A stretch of 64,000 nt of DNA, taken from positions 239,692,001-239,756,000 of the forward strand of contig OZ024740.1 in the NCBI GenBank assembly GCA_964016885.1. Reading direction: 5' to 3'. The notes under the pieces are model-generated. The model was given only the letters and a program-made list of their open reading frames with translations, made no database searches and was not told where the DNA came from. Below, piece after piece: positions 40,860 through 54,223 of this stretch; the stretch's first letter is position 1; the number at the start of each line of letters is the position of its first letter. A program made the position numbers and the translations under genes. The stretch is from Eledone cirrhosa. Taxonomy: Eukaryota.

Positions 40860-41020
40860 TATCTCCCCTTGTTTGCTGAGATTAAAGTAAGTGAGTTTGT
40901 CACTACTCTAAAACAATAGCATACGGTCTTCAAAATGCTTTTAATTAAGCATAAAGTGTATTGCAAAATACATTATATATACATTCATATATATATTGCT
41001 ATTTCAGAGCTCCAATTCTA

Positions 41021-41148
<128 letters not shown>

Positions 41149-41424
41149 GTGTGTGTGTGTCTGTGTGTGTGTCTGTGTGTGTGTGTGTGTGTGTATGTGT
41201 GTGTGTTTATATATACCTTGTAGTATCTGCGATGACACTTACATTGAGCTGCATCGTCCCTCCATTTTCCTCGCATGGAGAGGAAAGACTTGTAAAAATC
41301 GAGATCTGGTCTTGACATTCACTTTGAAGAACTTTCAAGGTTTAGAACTATGATCGATACATTTAAGTATCCCGGAAATATATACGTGGGTGTCTAAGTA
41401 CATTTCTGTTTATTCAACTAAATA

Positions 41425-41710
41425 ATTGTTTCTACTTTTGGCACAAGGCCAGCAATTGTCCCAGTGCATTACTGGTGCTTTATTTTATCGACATCGTAAG
41501 GATGAACGAAAAGTTAACCTCGGTGGAATTTGAACTCAGACCATAAAGGACCGTAACTTATGCAGCAAAGCATGGCGTCCGACCCTCTACCGATACTGCC
41601 AATCCAGCACTCTATTTAACTAAATAATTGTTTCTACTTTTGGCACAAGACAGCAAATACCCAGTGCATTACTGGTACTTTTTTTTATCGACCCCGTAAG
41701 GATGGAAGGC
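41425..41710 (-). mobile_element. One full and one partial tRNA-derived SINE
   Basis: Matches the SINE consensus. The flank ..AACTAAATAATTG is duplicated. Confidence 0.8.
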
Positions 41711-42430
41711 GAATATTATGTTTTTATGGTAGGAAGATTAAGATATATAATTTTACATCAACAGAATATAAGTTGGTACCAATTCAATATTACCTATGTA
41801 TTACGAAAATTCTTTAAGGTACTTTTATAATAATGTACTATACTTTCATGTTTTTCTATGTACACTTTAACGTGCCAATAAGGGACCATTGCGTATTCAC
41901 TTGGTCTGTTAGAAATAGTACAACATTTCTATGAAACTAGACGCCATCTTCTTTAAATGGGATATATTGAATAATATAGTCTGAGATAAACTGCCTAAAA
42001 ACGTCGGATTGTCAGATCTTTAATCTAGAAACTACAACTATAACGCTTTAATTTCCATCCCTTCTCTCTTAGCATATACACAATCAGATTATTCTACGTT
42101 GTTTTTACAAATATAGCTTTGTCTTCCTCTTTATTGATGTCTCCAATAGATTGCCTTTAATTTTCTAGAATTACAGTAAAATACACATAATATATATAAT
42201 CATTTTTTCCTTATCAGTAGTCATTAAAACAACAGTGCAGTTTGTATAGACGCTAGTTTCTATGTAATTGCGCAATTTTAAGTGTTGAAGCTGTCAACTT
42301 GGCGTTAACAACCAGACACACATACGTAGACATAGTACTTAACATAACCCATTCACGCACGGTGACGCATACATACATACGCACTTACATACAACAGACA
42401 TACATATATATATAGATAGATGTGTGTGCA

Positions 42431-42481
<51 letters not shown>

Positions 42482-42557
42482 CAAAGGAAATGTGGTAAGG
42501 AACCAGATGGACCATAATGCACCAGAGTACTCAATACTTAGGGCAGTAGAGTGGGAA

Positions 42558-42668
42558 ATAGGAAAAAGTATGACTCCGACGGCAGAGCTCAAGCCGTTTC
42601 GACGGCTATTTCTGGACTGAAATAGCCGTCGAAACGGCTTGAGCTCTGCCGTCGGGGTCATACTTTTT

Positions 42669-42673
<5 letters not shown>
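42558..42673. repeat. Near-perfect palindrome (55-bp arms, 6-nt spacer) between (TA)n tracts; probable fold-back PLE remnant
   Basis: ATAGGAAAAAG...GGCTATTTC-tggact-GAAATAGCC...CTTTTTCCTAT. Confidence 0.85.
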
Positions 42674-42751
<78 letters not shown>

Positions 42752-43092
42752 ATATATCCAAACACAGAAACTCACACATAAATAAGTTTGAGTACAAACA
42801 CAGAGACAGACGTACATACACATAAACACATACATACGCATACAGATAAGTAAACAAATATATAGAAGGTAAATAACAAACTCCAAATAGAGACTAGAAT
42901 TATTGTTCTGAAGCGAGCCCGTTGAAGTGTAAACTTCATGATTGCATATTTCTGAATCATGAACACACATTTACATAAAAATATACATACATACATACGT
43001 ACATACATACGTGTTACGTACATACATACAAACGTACATACAGACAGACAGACAAACATACATACATACATACATACATACATACATACATA

Positions 43093-46000
43093 GTCAACGC
43101 GATCAGTCGCATATTTTGGCGTAGGAGACTATTTATTAAATTTAAGATGAATACTATCACCGACAGTAATGCCACAACTACAGCCAGGTTGAATAACTGG
43201 TTATTCTTCTAACTATCCCTTCTGAAGACACCTTTTATTCGAATTCGTAGAGATATCCGACTAAATACATAATTCATTTTACAAGGATTGCTACAAACAG
43301 CATGGCTGAACACAACATCAACAAGAAAATTAAGGAAGTATCGAAGACAAATAACAAAGAAAGTAATCAAACTTTATTCAGTTGTAGCTGCAGAAGAAAC
43401 CGAAATTATAAATCGCATTTCTCTTGGAATTGCGAACTTAATAATGATTTATTTAATTGTTATAAAATGGCAAAAAACAATCCCTCCATTGGCTATATGA
43501 ATAGAATGAAGCTACAGTGGGACGAAATGCACCCAGAGCTAAATTATTTCACAGCGAAACAATTACGCCAACAAGCGACGTTTGTTGAACGTAAAAATAA
43601 GATAAATATTATTAATTGTAAGTCCCCCACAACAAACATGGAATCAACAACACGTGCTACGGATCGCCATGCTACTAGACTTCCTAGCAGCCAGGTCGAA
43701 CAGCGCCTTGAAACAACTATACCTGTAAGAAACTTGACACCACCTGTACCATCTAAGTCTACCTCGAATGCTGGGGAAAACACTATCGATAATAATAATA
43801 ATCGAAGAAATATTAATAATAATCGAATAAATGTGACACCACGTATACCATCCGAGTCTACCTCGACTGTTGTGGAAAATACTATCGATAATGATAATCA
43901 AAAGTATAAACAATTGAACATTTCCCTCAACGAAATCTTCCAGAGAGAAATTAACTCATGTATAAATATCTCTCTGGCTGAACGTGTTAAAATGACAATG
44001 GTGAATAAAAAAACAAATAATGAAATACTACGTGTTATTGACGAAATAGGGATGAATATTTACGACGGATAAAAACCCCAACATTTTGGCAAATCAACGC
44101 CTGTTTATATGCCTTAGCAATGACAGTGAAGCATTATCTTGGTGATAGCAGAGATATTAACAAGAACAAAACACCACCAAAAATACCATCATATATAACT
44201 AAAATAGAAAAAAAGAGTGCTGACCTACGAAAAAACATAGGACATGTGACAATGCTCCTTACATGCAAACAAACACAAAAAACCTCACTCCTCACCAACA
44301 AAGACTGAAAAATAAAATAGAGACGATGTTTGGTAACAGTAGAACCAGAACTCTCCAATATAAGCTGATCACCCTCAAACAAGAATTGAGAGCTGTTAGC
44401 GAAAAACGCCGTTACCTGAAGAAGGTAGATGAGAGAAAAGTGCTTAATAAAAGATTCAGACGAAACCAAACATCAGTCTATAGAGATATGAAGGGCAAAA
44501 TAATAAGTGTCACTGAGGCCCCATCCCAGAAAGACATAGATTCCTTTTGGTGAAAAATATGGGGTGAAAAGAAGAATTTCAACCAAGATGCAGTGTGGCT
44601 AAGAGAAATCCGAAAGAACTATTGCTCCTACACTACAACAAAAACATACGAAATAAGTGAGCGTACTCTTGAGACTGTGATAGGAAAACTCCAAGATAAG
44701 AAAACACCAGGAAGAGACATGATTATCGTCTACTGGTACAAAAAACTAATATTCTATCGGAGGTATCTTACTGACCTCTACCAACAAGTTCTTAAGGGAG
44801 ATACACTTATACCAGAATGGTTGACATTAGCACAAACGTTACTGGTCCCCAAGAACAAAGACACCCACTTGGCAAAAAACTACCGACCCATTGCATGCCA
44901 GAACATGATGTATAAGATGTATACAGCCTGCCTCAACCTATTCCTCCAAGATCACTGTGAAATTAATAACATCATCACAGATGAACAAGCAGCGGGAAAG
45001 AAAAGGGTTTGGGGATGTGCTGAACAACTCCTAATCAACAAAACTGCGATGTCGGGGGTGAGACAACTTAGGAGGAATATGACTACAGTCTGGCTGGACT
45101 ACAAGAAAGCTTTCGATTCTGTTCCCCACTCTTGGATGATAGAGGCCCTCCAACTTGCTAAAGTCCCAGACATTATTGTCAGAGCCATAGAGAGGCTGTC
45201 TTCTTCTTGGGCTACTATCCTAAGGTTAAAGACAGAGAGGGAGGACTCTATTTTCACTGATAAAATAAAATATTGCAGGGGTATATTTCAGGGGAACAGT
45301 CTCTCTGTGATATTGTTCATCTTCTCATTAAACCCCTTGTCCTTTCTGCTCAAGAAATGTGAGGGATACATCATTGGCTCACAGGAGGACAGAAATACGA
45401 ACCTAACCCATAACTTCTTTGTGGACGATCTGAAACTCTATGGCAAGAACATGGATGGGATGAAGAAAAATCTTGACCTGGTTACAACGTTCTCAAAGGA
45501 TATAGGAATGGAGTTTGGCCAAGATAAATGCTCATACATGACTGTAAAGCGGGGAAAAACAATAACCCAATCTAGCAACATTGTCATCAATGGTCTAACT
45601 GTTTCACCGATATCTGATGAGGCCTGTTACAGATACCTGGGGATGGATGAGAACATATCCTATAATGGTATCTGTAATAAAGCACGCGTAACCAGGGAAT
45701 ACTACACCCGTATAAGAAAGATCTGGTCATCGGAACTCTCTGCGCATAACAAAACAGTGGCTCACAATGTGTTTGCTGTGCCTGTCCTAACACCAACGTT
45801 TGGAATACTCAATTGGATAATAGACGAAATCCGAGCAGTTGATCTTGGAACTCGAAAAATACTGAACAACACCGGAAACTTCCACATCAACAGTGACATA
45901 GACCGCCTTTACTTGAAACGTAAGCAGGGAGGCAGAGGCCTAACATCAGTCCAGACAACATTTGAATGTCGCATCATATCTCTCCAACAACATCTACGAA

Positions 46001-47214
46001 CCTCGAAGCGTAGGAGCCCGCTTCTCGAGCAAGTCTATCTGCATGAAACAGATAAGATCATGAGAGTTGGGAAGGAACTCCTTGAGAGATATTCCCTGTG
46101 TGATAATCAAAAACTCACACCCAGGAGTGTCGCTCAGCAGTATCGCAGTGAATCCATGGATGAAAAACTACATGCCTATCAGCAAAAAATCATGCATGGA
46201 TATGTTGCCAGGAAGCTTCAGAGTGAGAGTAATATAGATAACGAAAGTAGTCTATCTTGGACCAACAACCGCTATATTGGCTCCCACTTTGAAGGATACG
46301 CTTTGCAATCCAAGAACAGGAGATTAGCACAAAATACCTGATTCACAAAAAGATAGGGATGCAGGCAAAACACCTAGATGTGATAACAAGTGCAGACTCT
46401 GCAGAACTAACATCGAGGATATCACCCATGTCATCAGCAGCTGCCCAAAGATGTCATCGCGGTACTATCTACCTATGAGGCATGATGTAGTGGCCAAAAC
46501 ACTGTACAATGCAGTTCGTAAAAAAGATAGCCCCGATAATAAACACATTAAAAGCTACAACAATGTGGAAGACATCCATGTCCATAATATGAAAGAGTAC
46601 TGGTGGAATGTTCCAGTAAAAACCCCAATAAAATGCAGGCATAACAGACCAGATATTATGATATGGGACAGGGAGAAGAAAACATGCACAGTAGTGGAAA
46701 TTAGCTGCCCAGCAGATGCCAATATAATATCAAAGATTAGTGAAAAGGAGAATATTTATGCAGAACTGATGAGAAATCTGCAGATACTCCACCCTGATTA
46801 CACCTTCAGATTTATACCTGTGATCATTGAGGCACTGGGATATGTTAGTAACTGCCTCAATACAAATCTTGAGAAGCTAGGCTTCACAGGAACAGAAAGA
46901 ACACAACTAGTTAGGAAACTACAAGTACAATCCATTAATGGAACAGTAAAAATATGTAAAACATTCCAAAAATGTTGCATCTAATAACTGCATATACACA
47001 TGTACAGATACAAAGCATATACACATGCACACATACAACTCAAAACATACACATCCACACATACAATAACATCCATATCTACACATGCATGCATACATAC
47101 ATATCTACCTAGTTGATGTTGTGTAAATTCCAATGAGAGCGTCTTGTGTCTATGTTAGAAACCGACTCTCTCTCTCTATTGGTAAAACTTTGTGAAATTA
47201 TAAAACCAGAAGAA
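43093..47214 (+). mobile_element. Near-full-length R4/Dong-clade non-LTR retrotransposon inserted in (CATA)n
   Basis: Single long ORF with Myb-like, RT, CCHC and RLE domains. Both junctions abut (CATA)n. Confidence 0.92.
43302..46984 (+). pseudogene. R4-type polyprotein (Myb-like, RT, CCHC knuckle, restriction-like endonuclease), frameshifted
   Basis: W..ELN..L..CY...GYMNRMK..W; YRPIAC; WLDYKKAFDSVPH; GIFQGNSLS; FVDDLKLY; CRLC..H..SC; RHD; RPDIMIWD..VEISCP..KENIY. Confidence 0.92.
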
Positions 47215-47329
47215 CATACATACTTACATACATAATCTTCTACTGTCCGTTATTGCCCGATAAAGACGGTCAATGGTGTATGCTTTATTCTATCCCCATA
47301 TTTCTGCTAGAAGCACAGGTCCATGTCTA

Positions 47330-48093
47330 GATTGCCTTTCATCCTCACGGGGTCGATAAAATAAAGTACCAGTAATGCACTGTTGCATTACTGGTACTTT
47401 ATTTGCTGGGCTTGTGCCAAAAAGTAGAAACAATATATTAATGCCTTCGTGTCATTTTGCTTAGGCTTATTTTATAGCCTTTGGTTATATTTACACGAAG
47501 AAGAAATATCTATTCCTATTATATTACTTCATCAGTGGTGGATTGGCAGAATCGGTAGAGCGTCTGACAATATGTTTCGTGGTTTAGAGTTACGACACTT
47601 CACGTGCTGAAGTCGAACCCTACCGAGGATAGCTTTGCCTTTCATCCTTATGGGATCGATAAATTAAAGTACCTGTAACCCACAGCGATGGGTTGGCAGT
47701 ATCGGTTGAGGTTCGAACGCCATGCTTTTCAGCATAGAGTTACGGCCCTTTATGATCTGAGTTCAAATCCTGCCGAGGCTAACTTTGCCTTTAATCCTTA
47801 CGGGGTCGATAAAATAAAGTACCAGTCACGCACTGGGGTCGATTTAATCGACTTTCACCTTCCCCCAAATTGATGGCCTTGTCTCTAAATCAGAAACCAT
47901 TAAGTTAGGTGGATTGGCAGTATCGGTAGAAGGTCGGACGCCATGCTTTCCAGCATAGTTACGTCCCTTTTCGGTCTGAGTTCAAATCCCGCCGAGGTTA
48001 ACTTTGCCTTTCATCCTCACGGGGGTCGATAAAATAAAGTACCAGTAATGTACTGGGTAATTAATGGCCTTGTGCCAAAAGTTGAAACAATTA
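47330..48093 (+). mobile_element. Cluster of about four tRNA-derived SINE copies
   Basis: Repeated GGATTGGCAG.ATCGG, GAGTTCAAATCC and GCCTTTCATCC motifs. Confidence 0.85.
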
Positions 48094-48331
48094 TGTTATT
48101 TGATAATATATATTTTTACAGAGAAAAATAAAGCTACATTTCTTCACGGTTACTGAGCCGTTTCATTTCTGTGGCGAGTCAACGGTCTGCCGATGATTTC
48201 AACCCGATTGTAAATTCGATTTCGTCAATAAAAGTAATACTCTACTTATGTATTGAGGTTACTTTCTTTTTAAAGTAATAATTGCTAGTTTTCGATAAGT
48301 GTTTGTGGTCTTGTGTACATGTGAGTGTATG

Positions 48332-48393
<62 letters not shown>

Positions 48394-48396
<3 letters not shown>

Positions 48397-49054
48397 GTAA
48401 TCTGAGTTTTTCGAATATTAATAATAACATTCGATTCGTTTGCAATTATGCAAACAAGCCTCAATTTTATAGCCATGTTAGTAGAATGAACCCATCATTC
48501 TTGCTTTTGTGTTGGCATGTGAACAGAACTTCAGACACTAATGTTTCTGGGTATCACCCTTCATCAGTACAGTTCACTGTTCACCTGCGAAACTATCAGA
48601 GCTAGTGAAAATATATGCTATTTTCAAAAATACACAGTGACTGAACGGCCTGATTTGCATATTAGCATACTGGCTGATCAGTCAGATCTGCATATTAGTA
48701 GATCCACTGATCAGCCAGATTTGCATATCAGCATACTGGCCAGCCAGTTTCCTGTATACGAGCGATAAATGGCCGGCTTTGCCAAATTCAAATAAAATCA
48801 GGCTGATCAGTGACTGTGTATTTTTTTAAATAGCATATATTTTCACTAGCTCTGACAGTTTGGCAGGTGAACAGTGAGCTGTACTGATGAAGAGTGATAC
48901 CCAGAAACATTAGTGTCTGAAGTTCTGTTCACATGCCAACACAAGAGCAAGAATGAAGGGTTCATTCTACTGACATGGCTATGAAATTGAGGCGTGTTTG
49001 CATAATTGCAAACGAATCGAATGTTATTAATATTGGAAAAACTCAGATTACATT
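48394..49054. mobile_element. Inverted-repeat PLE pLTR remnant with ~250-bp arms, each carrying a hammerhead
   Basis: ~48394-48643 versus ~48807-49054. CTGATGA-AGGGTGATACCCA-GAAA-CATTAGTG-TC at 48526-48575(-) and 48876-48925(+). Confidence 0.8.
48648..48748. repeat. 33-bp imperfect tandem repeat, three copies
   Basis: CCTGATTTGCATATTAGCATACTGGCTGATCAG-like units. Confidence 0.75.
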
Positions 49055-49320
49055 TATTGTATTCAGCCAAGTAGGGCGAACATTTGCTTTTATATATATA
49101 TACACACAGATAAATCCACCAATTAATGGTAGGGTCCAAGCCGTATGAAGAACTCAATTCTTACTTTGATAATTTGTAATATATTTTACATAGATCACTA
49201 ATAGAATGAACATACGGAGAACTACCCCCCCCCCCCCCCCAGAAACGATCGTAAAATAATGAGTTTTACTATGAATTACCCGTATTTTCTTTAATTTCAT
49301 TGTTTTCACTATTTGTATTT

Positions 49321-49375
<55 letters not shown>

Positions 49376-50357
49376 ATAGATATATGTGTGCGCGTGTGTG
49401 TGTGTGTGTGTGTGTGAGGTGGAAGTATGTGTGATTATGTGTGTGTGTGAGGTGGGAGTGTGTATGTGGTATTGTTGGGTTCATCAAAATAGAGACAAAT
49501 TAAATAATACATGAGTTGAAGCGGCGCGTAAATAGCTCATTATAAACACCATGGGTAATTAGAAAACTAAAATATAGCGCCAAATGTCATAATGAAGTAA
49601 TATTTACAGCGGAAACCAATCAATAACAGTAATAGCTTTTGTCAAATCAACACCGTCTCCATTGTGTGTTTCAAATGTAATAACCGTTTCAATCTTTCAG
49701 TGAAATCAGCATTCCTCTCTCATTGTTGTGTAAGAGCCTTCCTCTTATCTCTTCACATCTCTCGGCGTTTTCGCCGACCGATCTCTAATTATTGTAATAG
49801 CTTCAGTCCCTCTTAGGTATTTGCTGTTGTTAGTGGCTATATTTGTTTTGTGACTAATAGCCCTTGTACCATAGTCACATCCCAGGAAGCTAGCGGCTAT
49901 GCTTGGACTGATTTAATTCCGTTGATTCAACAGTTCATAAAGTATATATTCTTTAAACTGATTATTACGAGTAATTTGAGAGGATTTAGGCTCTACTATA
50001 CCATAATATAGAGTACTTTGTGGTATACGGTCCGGCCCTCTGCTCTCTGGTTTCAAATCCCATCAAGACCAACCTTGCCTTTCATCCTTTCGAGATCGAT
50101 AAAAAAGTACCAGTCTAGTACTTGATGGATGATACATTCTATCGACTCCAACACAATGGAAGGCATGATTGATCCAAGTGGTATTTAAATACAGAAAGTG
50201 CCGAAACAAATATCACAAGAATTTTTATGCAGTATTTTAATGATTCTGACAATAAAGAACTTTCAAACAAATGTTTATTTCTCAATAATTATTTTCCAAT
50301 AAATAATCTTTCTTTAATACGATACATCATGATAGAAAATGGAGAACTACACACACG

Positions 50358-50393
<36 letters not shown>

Positions 50394-50493
50394 ATATATG
50401 CGTTTTTCACTGGTAGTTGGCTCCTCTGCCGCCAGGAAAAAACTCGTTGAGAAAGTAAAACTCCGTTCCGCTTACTCTAGTAGGCTTTTATAT

Positions 50494-50581
50494 TTATATG
50501 TGAGCTGATAGAGTACAGTCTAAGGATTTACAGAAACCCATGAAGCTAGATTTAACACCTGTCTAGTGGGTCCGGGTATGA
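50494..50581 (+). ncRNA. Hammerhead-like motif with an 8-nt core in a TA-flanked remnant (~50400-50820)
   Basis: CTGATAGA-stem II-GAAA-CCCA..CTAGA..TCTAG-TGGG-TC. Confidence 0.45.
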
Positions 50582-50814
50582 TTTTACATTCATTTAAATT
50601 ATTGACGTATTGTTTTATTGATATTTTTTATCTGTTTGTCCCGAATCTTCCTCTATCGATTTTAAATCGTATGGTTGATTGTAGACTTGTTCTATATGTG
50701 ACGGTATTTTAACAATAGTTATAGCTCTGATTCATCTGAATTATTGAGCCCTCTGCCGCTCATATCGAATCTCGTTTATCGTGAACTCGTGCGCCGATTT
50801 TTCGATACTCGATC

Positions 50815-50904
<90 letters not shown>

Positions 50905-50909
<5 letters not shown>

Positions 50910-51398
50910 TGGATGAATACTTCAACAGGCACTAGGTACCTGTAGAAATATGCAAGGTGTTTATAATAGTTGTGGTTCGATGGTACTAATTTGAGATACC
51001 AGGACAATATAAAAAGAGTGGAGTAAGCGGTTATCAAACAATTATCTAAATAAATTAAAAAACGATTTAAATAATTACCTGTTCTATTGCTGTTACCGAC
51101 GGTTTCACCATCCCCAAAATTGGAAAACCAGAGAATTTCGACCTGATTTTGCGTGTGTCATTTTAACGGCCTGACCGCATGCGTTAGGCAGGAAGCGAAA
51201 TATTGACTTTCTGAAAGGCTAGCAACCTTGTAGTGTGGAAATAAGCTGTCTGAAGATCCATTTCTTTCCATTGGAAATTCTCTGGATTTCCAATTTTTGG
51301 GATGATGAATCCGTCGGTAACAGCAATAGAACAGGTGATTATTTAAATCGTTTTTTAATTTATTTAGAGAATGGATTTGATAACCGCTTGCTCCGCTC

Positions 51399-51402
<4 letters not shown>
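50905..51402 (+). mobile_element. Fold-back PLE pLTR remnant (H-related) with a hammerhead at 51245-51324
   Basis: ~51025-51139 is inverted relative to ~51274-51390. GCTGT-CTGAAGA...GAA(T/A)-CCGTCGG-TA-ACAGC. Confidence 0.7.
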
Positions 51403-51485
<83 letters not shown>

Positions 51486-51520
51486 TAAATAAATGGAAAC
51501 TATATTTATAAAACCATATT

Positions 51521-51581
51521 TATTCTATTATATATATTTCAAGGGTACCAACACTTTGGTATGCTTTCATCAGATAAAATA
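51521..51581 (-). ncRNA. Type I hammerhead in a TA-flanked remnant
   Basis: Minus strand TATTTTAT-CTGATGA-AAGCATACCAA agtg TTGGTACCCTT-GAAA-TATATA-TA-ATAGAATA. Confidence 0.8.
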
Positions 51582-51691
51582 CAAAGAGTTTGTTTTATAA
51601 ATATTGACATAACCATGAAGGAGATAGTGCTTTGAATCAGTTATAAACATTTATATTTGTTGAATTACAAACAAATTCAATATTACTTTTG

Positions 51692-51736
<45 letters not shown>

Positions 51737-51743
51737 ATATATT

Positions 51744-52265
<522 letters not shown>

Positions 52266-52653
52266 AATGGACTGCTGCGTGGTTGCACATGGGTTACATA
52301 TGAATAAAATAAGTACTTCATCAGTGATCTTCCAACCTTCATTGGTATTTCTTCGCTTTAAAGATCATATACCTCTGGTTGGTGCAAGCAATAACTAAAG
52401 AAAGTTATTGGGACACGTAAAATAGGGTGAAACGAGCGAGACATGTAAACAAACAGAGATGGTAATGCAACGGAAAGAGAGGAAGAGGGGAAACATGTCC
52501 GTGATATCTATGAACTTAAGTTCGGTGAAATCATAGACGAGAGGTAAAGACCATCCGACCTGGGCGAGATGTGAGCGAGAAAAGGATTTCACACAGGTCA
52601 AACGGGAGGAAGTGAGAGAGGGGAGAAGCAGAGAGTGAGTGAGTGAAAGTGTG

Positions 52654-52755
<102 letters not shown>

Positions 52756-53224
52756 TGAGAGAGAGAGAGAGAGAATTAAAATTTAGCGTGAACATAGCTG
52801 TATAAATATATGTATGTGAATTCCGTATATCTAAAGATATACGGTATGTTTAATAAATAAAAATTTTGAAAGCGAAGCTATGAATATTGAAAGGCAGCCG
52901 GCCAACTCCATCTAGCGGAATCCATCAGAAGCAGCGAGGGATAACTGCCTATACGTATTTCAAACTTAATGGTTCTCACCAGGACAGTGTTTCCTTGCTG
53001 CCTTCTCCTGGAATTTGAAAACAGGCGAGAATATATGAAGTATTTCGGAGGCTAAACTACTATATATTCTCGCTGTTTTCATGTATAGCTTCATATATTT
53101 TCAGCATATTCCATTTAAGGCATTATTATATGATGTTATCAAGAAATATAGATTTTTGCTTTTTATTTCTTTCCGCCTTGAAGAAATATTCACGTTGTGT
53201 ATACGGAATATTTATTCCTATTAA

Positions 53225-53405
53225 TAATTGTTTCTCCTTTTGGCACAAGGCCAGCATTTATCCCAGTGCATTACTGATGTTTTATTTAATCGACCCCGTA
53301 TGGTTGAAAGGCAAAGTTAACCTCGGCGGGATTTGAATGCAGAACGTAAAGGGCCGTAACTCTATACTGCAAAGCATGGTGTCCGACACTCTACCATTAC
53401 TGCCA
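53225..53405 (-). mobile_element. tRNA-derived SINE
   Basis: Matches the SINE consensus. Confidence 0.8.
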
Positions 53406-53470
53406 TACATAAATTCAACTAAAAATACATACATACATGCATACATATATATATGCAAACATACATACAT

Positions 53471-54200
53471 GATGGCTGCAACTCGATTTTGAGTAATGCC
53501 ATTGCTTGATACTTAAGCATCACGGATCTGGTGTTTTAGTCAAGCTAGCGACTTACCATGCATCGCAAAAAAATCACATATCAAGCGATGCCTGTGCTTT
53601 AACATTTATATTATTCTATATATATTATTGTATTTTCACAGTAAACACTTTATTTCACATAATTATCTCACATAATATTGAATCTACGAGATTTTGATAT
53701 TATTTATTTTGAGAATAATACCTTAACATAAGTATAAGCAGCCGGTTATGGCCGTTTGAATAGAAAGAGATTATAGAATTCTGGCCGGATATGGCCGGTT
53801 TAAATGCTAAAAGGTTAACGTTTTTTTAAGTGAGGAAAGGCTTTGTACGGGGCCAATCCTCTCTCTGAACATCGAATGCATTTACCTCAAAAGTAGAACT
53901 GATTAATATCATTGGATGCAAATGAAGTCGCAGGTTTTATATCAGAATAACCTTCTAGTGAGATGTTTCAATGAAGACTAGGTGTCTCTCGCTCGACAAA
54001 AAAAAGCTTTATTGGATGGCCGTTGACTCTCCTGAGTTCCTCTGCCCTTTGACGGGTTTGTCTTTCATCCCGCAGAATGTCCAACATCACCCTCCTTACC
54101 AAGTAAGCTTGGTAGGGTTGCTGGTTTAGTCGCCGACGACCCGACCATGGAAAGGATGTACTGGGTTATATGTTACCAGTAGTGCTGAAGATTGACCTGA
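53471..54200. mobile_element. Diverged copy of the (CATA)n-embedded ~600-bp non-coding element X
   Basis: Starts GATGGCTGCAACTCG and ends GACCTGA, like the copies at 55391 and 56250. Confidence 0.7.
53599..53818. mobile_element. TTAA-flanked (piggyBac-type) MITE inserted in the element X copy
   Basis: TTAA at both ends; right end AAATGCTAAAAGGTTAA. Absent from the other X copies. Confidence 0.6.
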
Positions 54201-54223
54201 CATACATACGTGCATACATACAT

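Noticed and set aside
52820-53209. Possible MITE bounded by TTCCGTATA/TATACGGAA
   Set aside because: There is only a 9-10-bp inverted match, a single copy in the window and no clear TSD.
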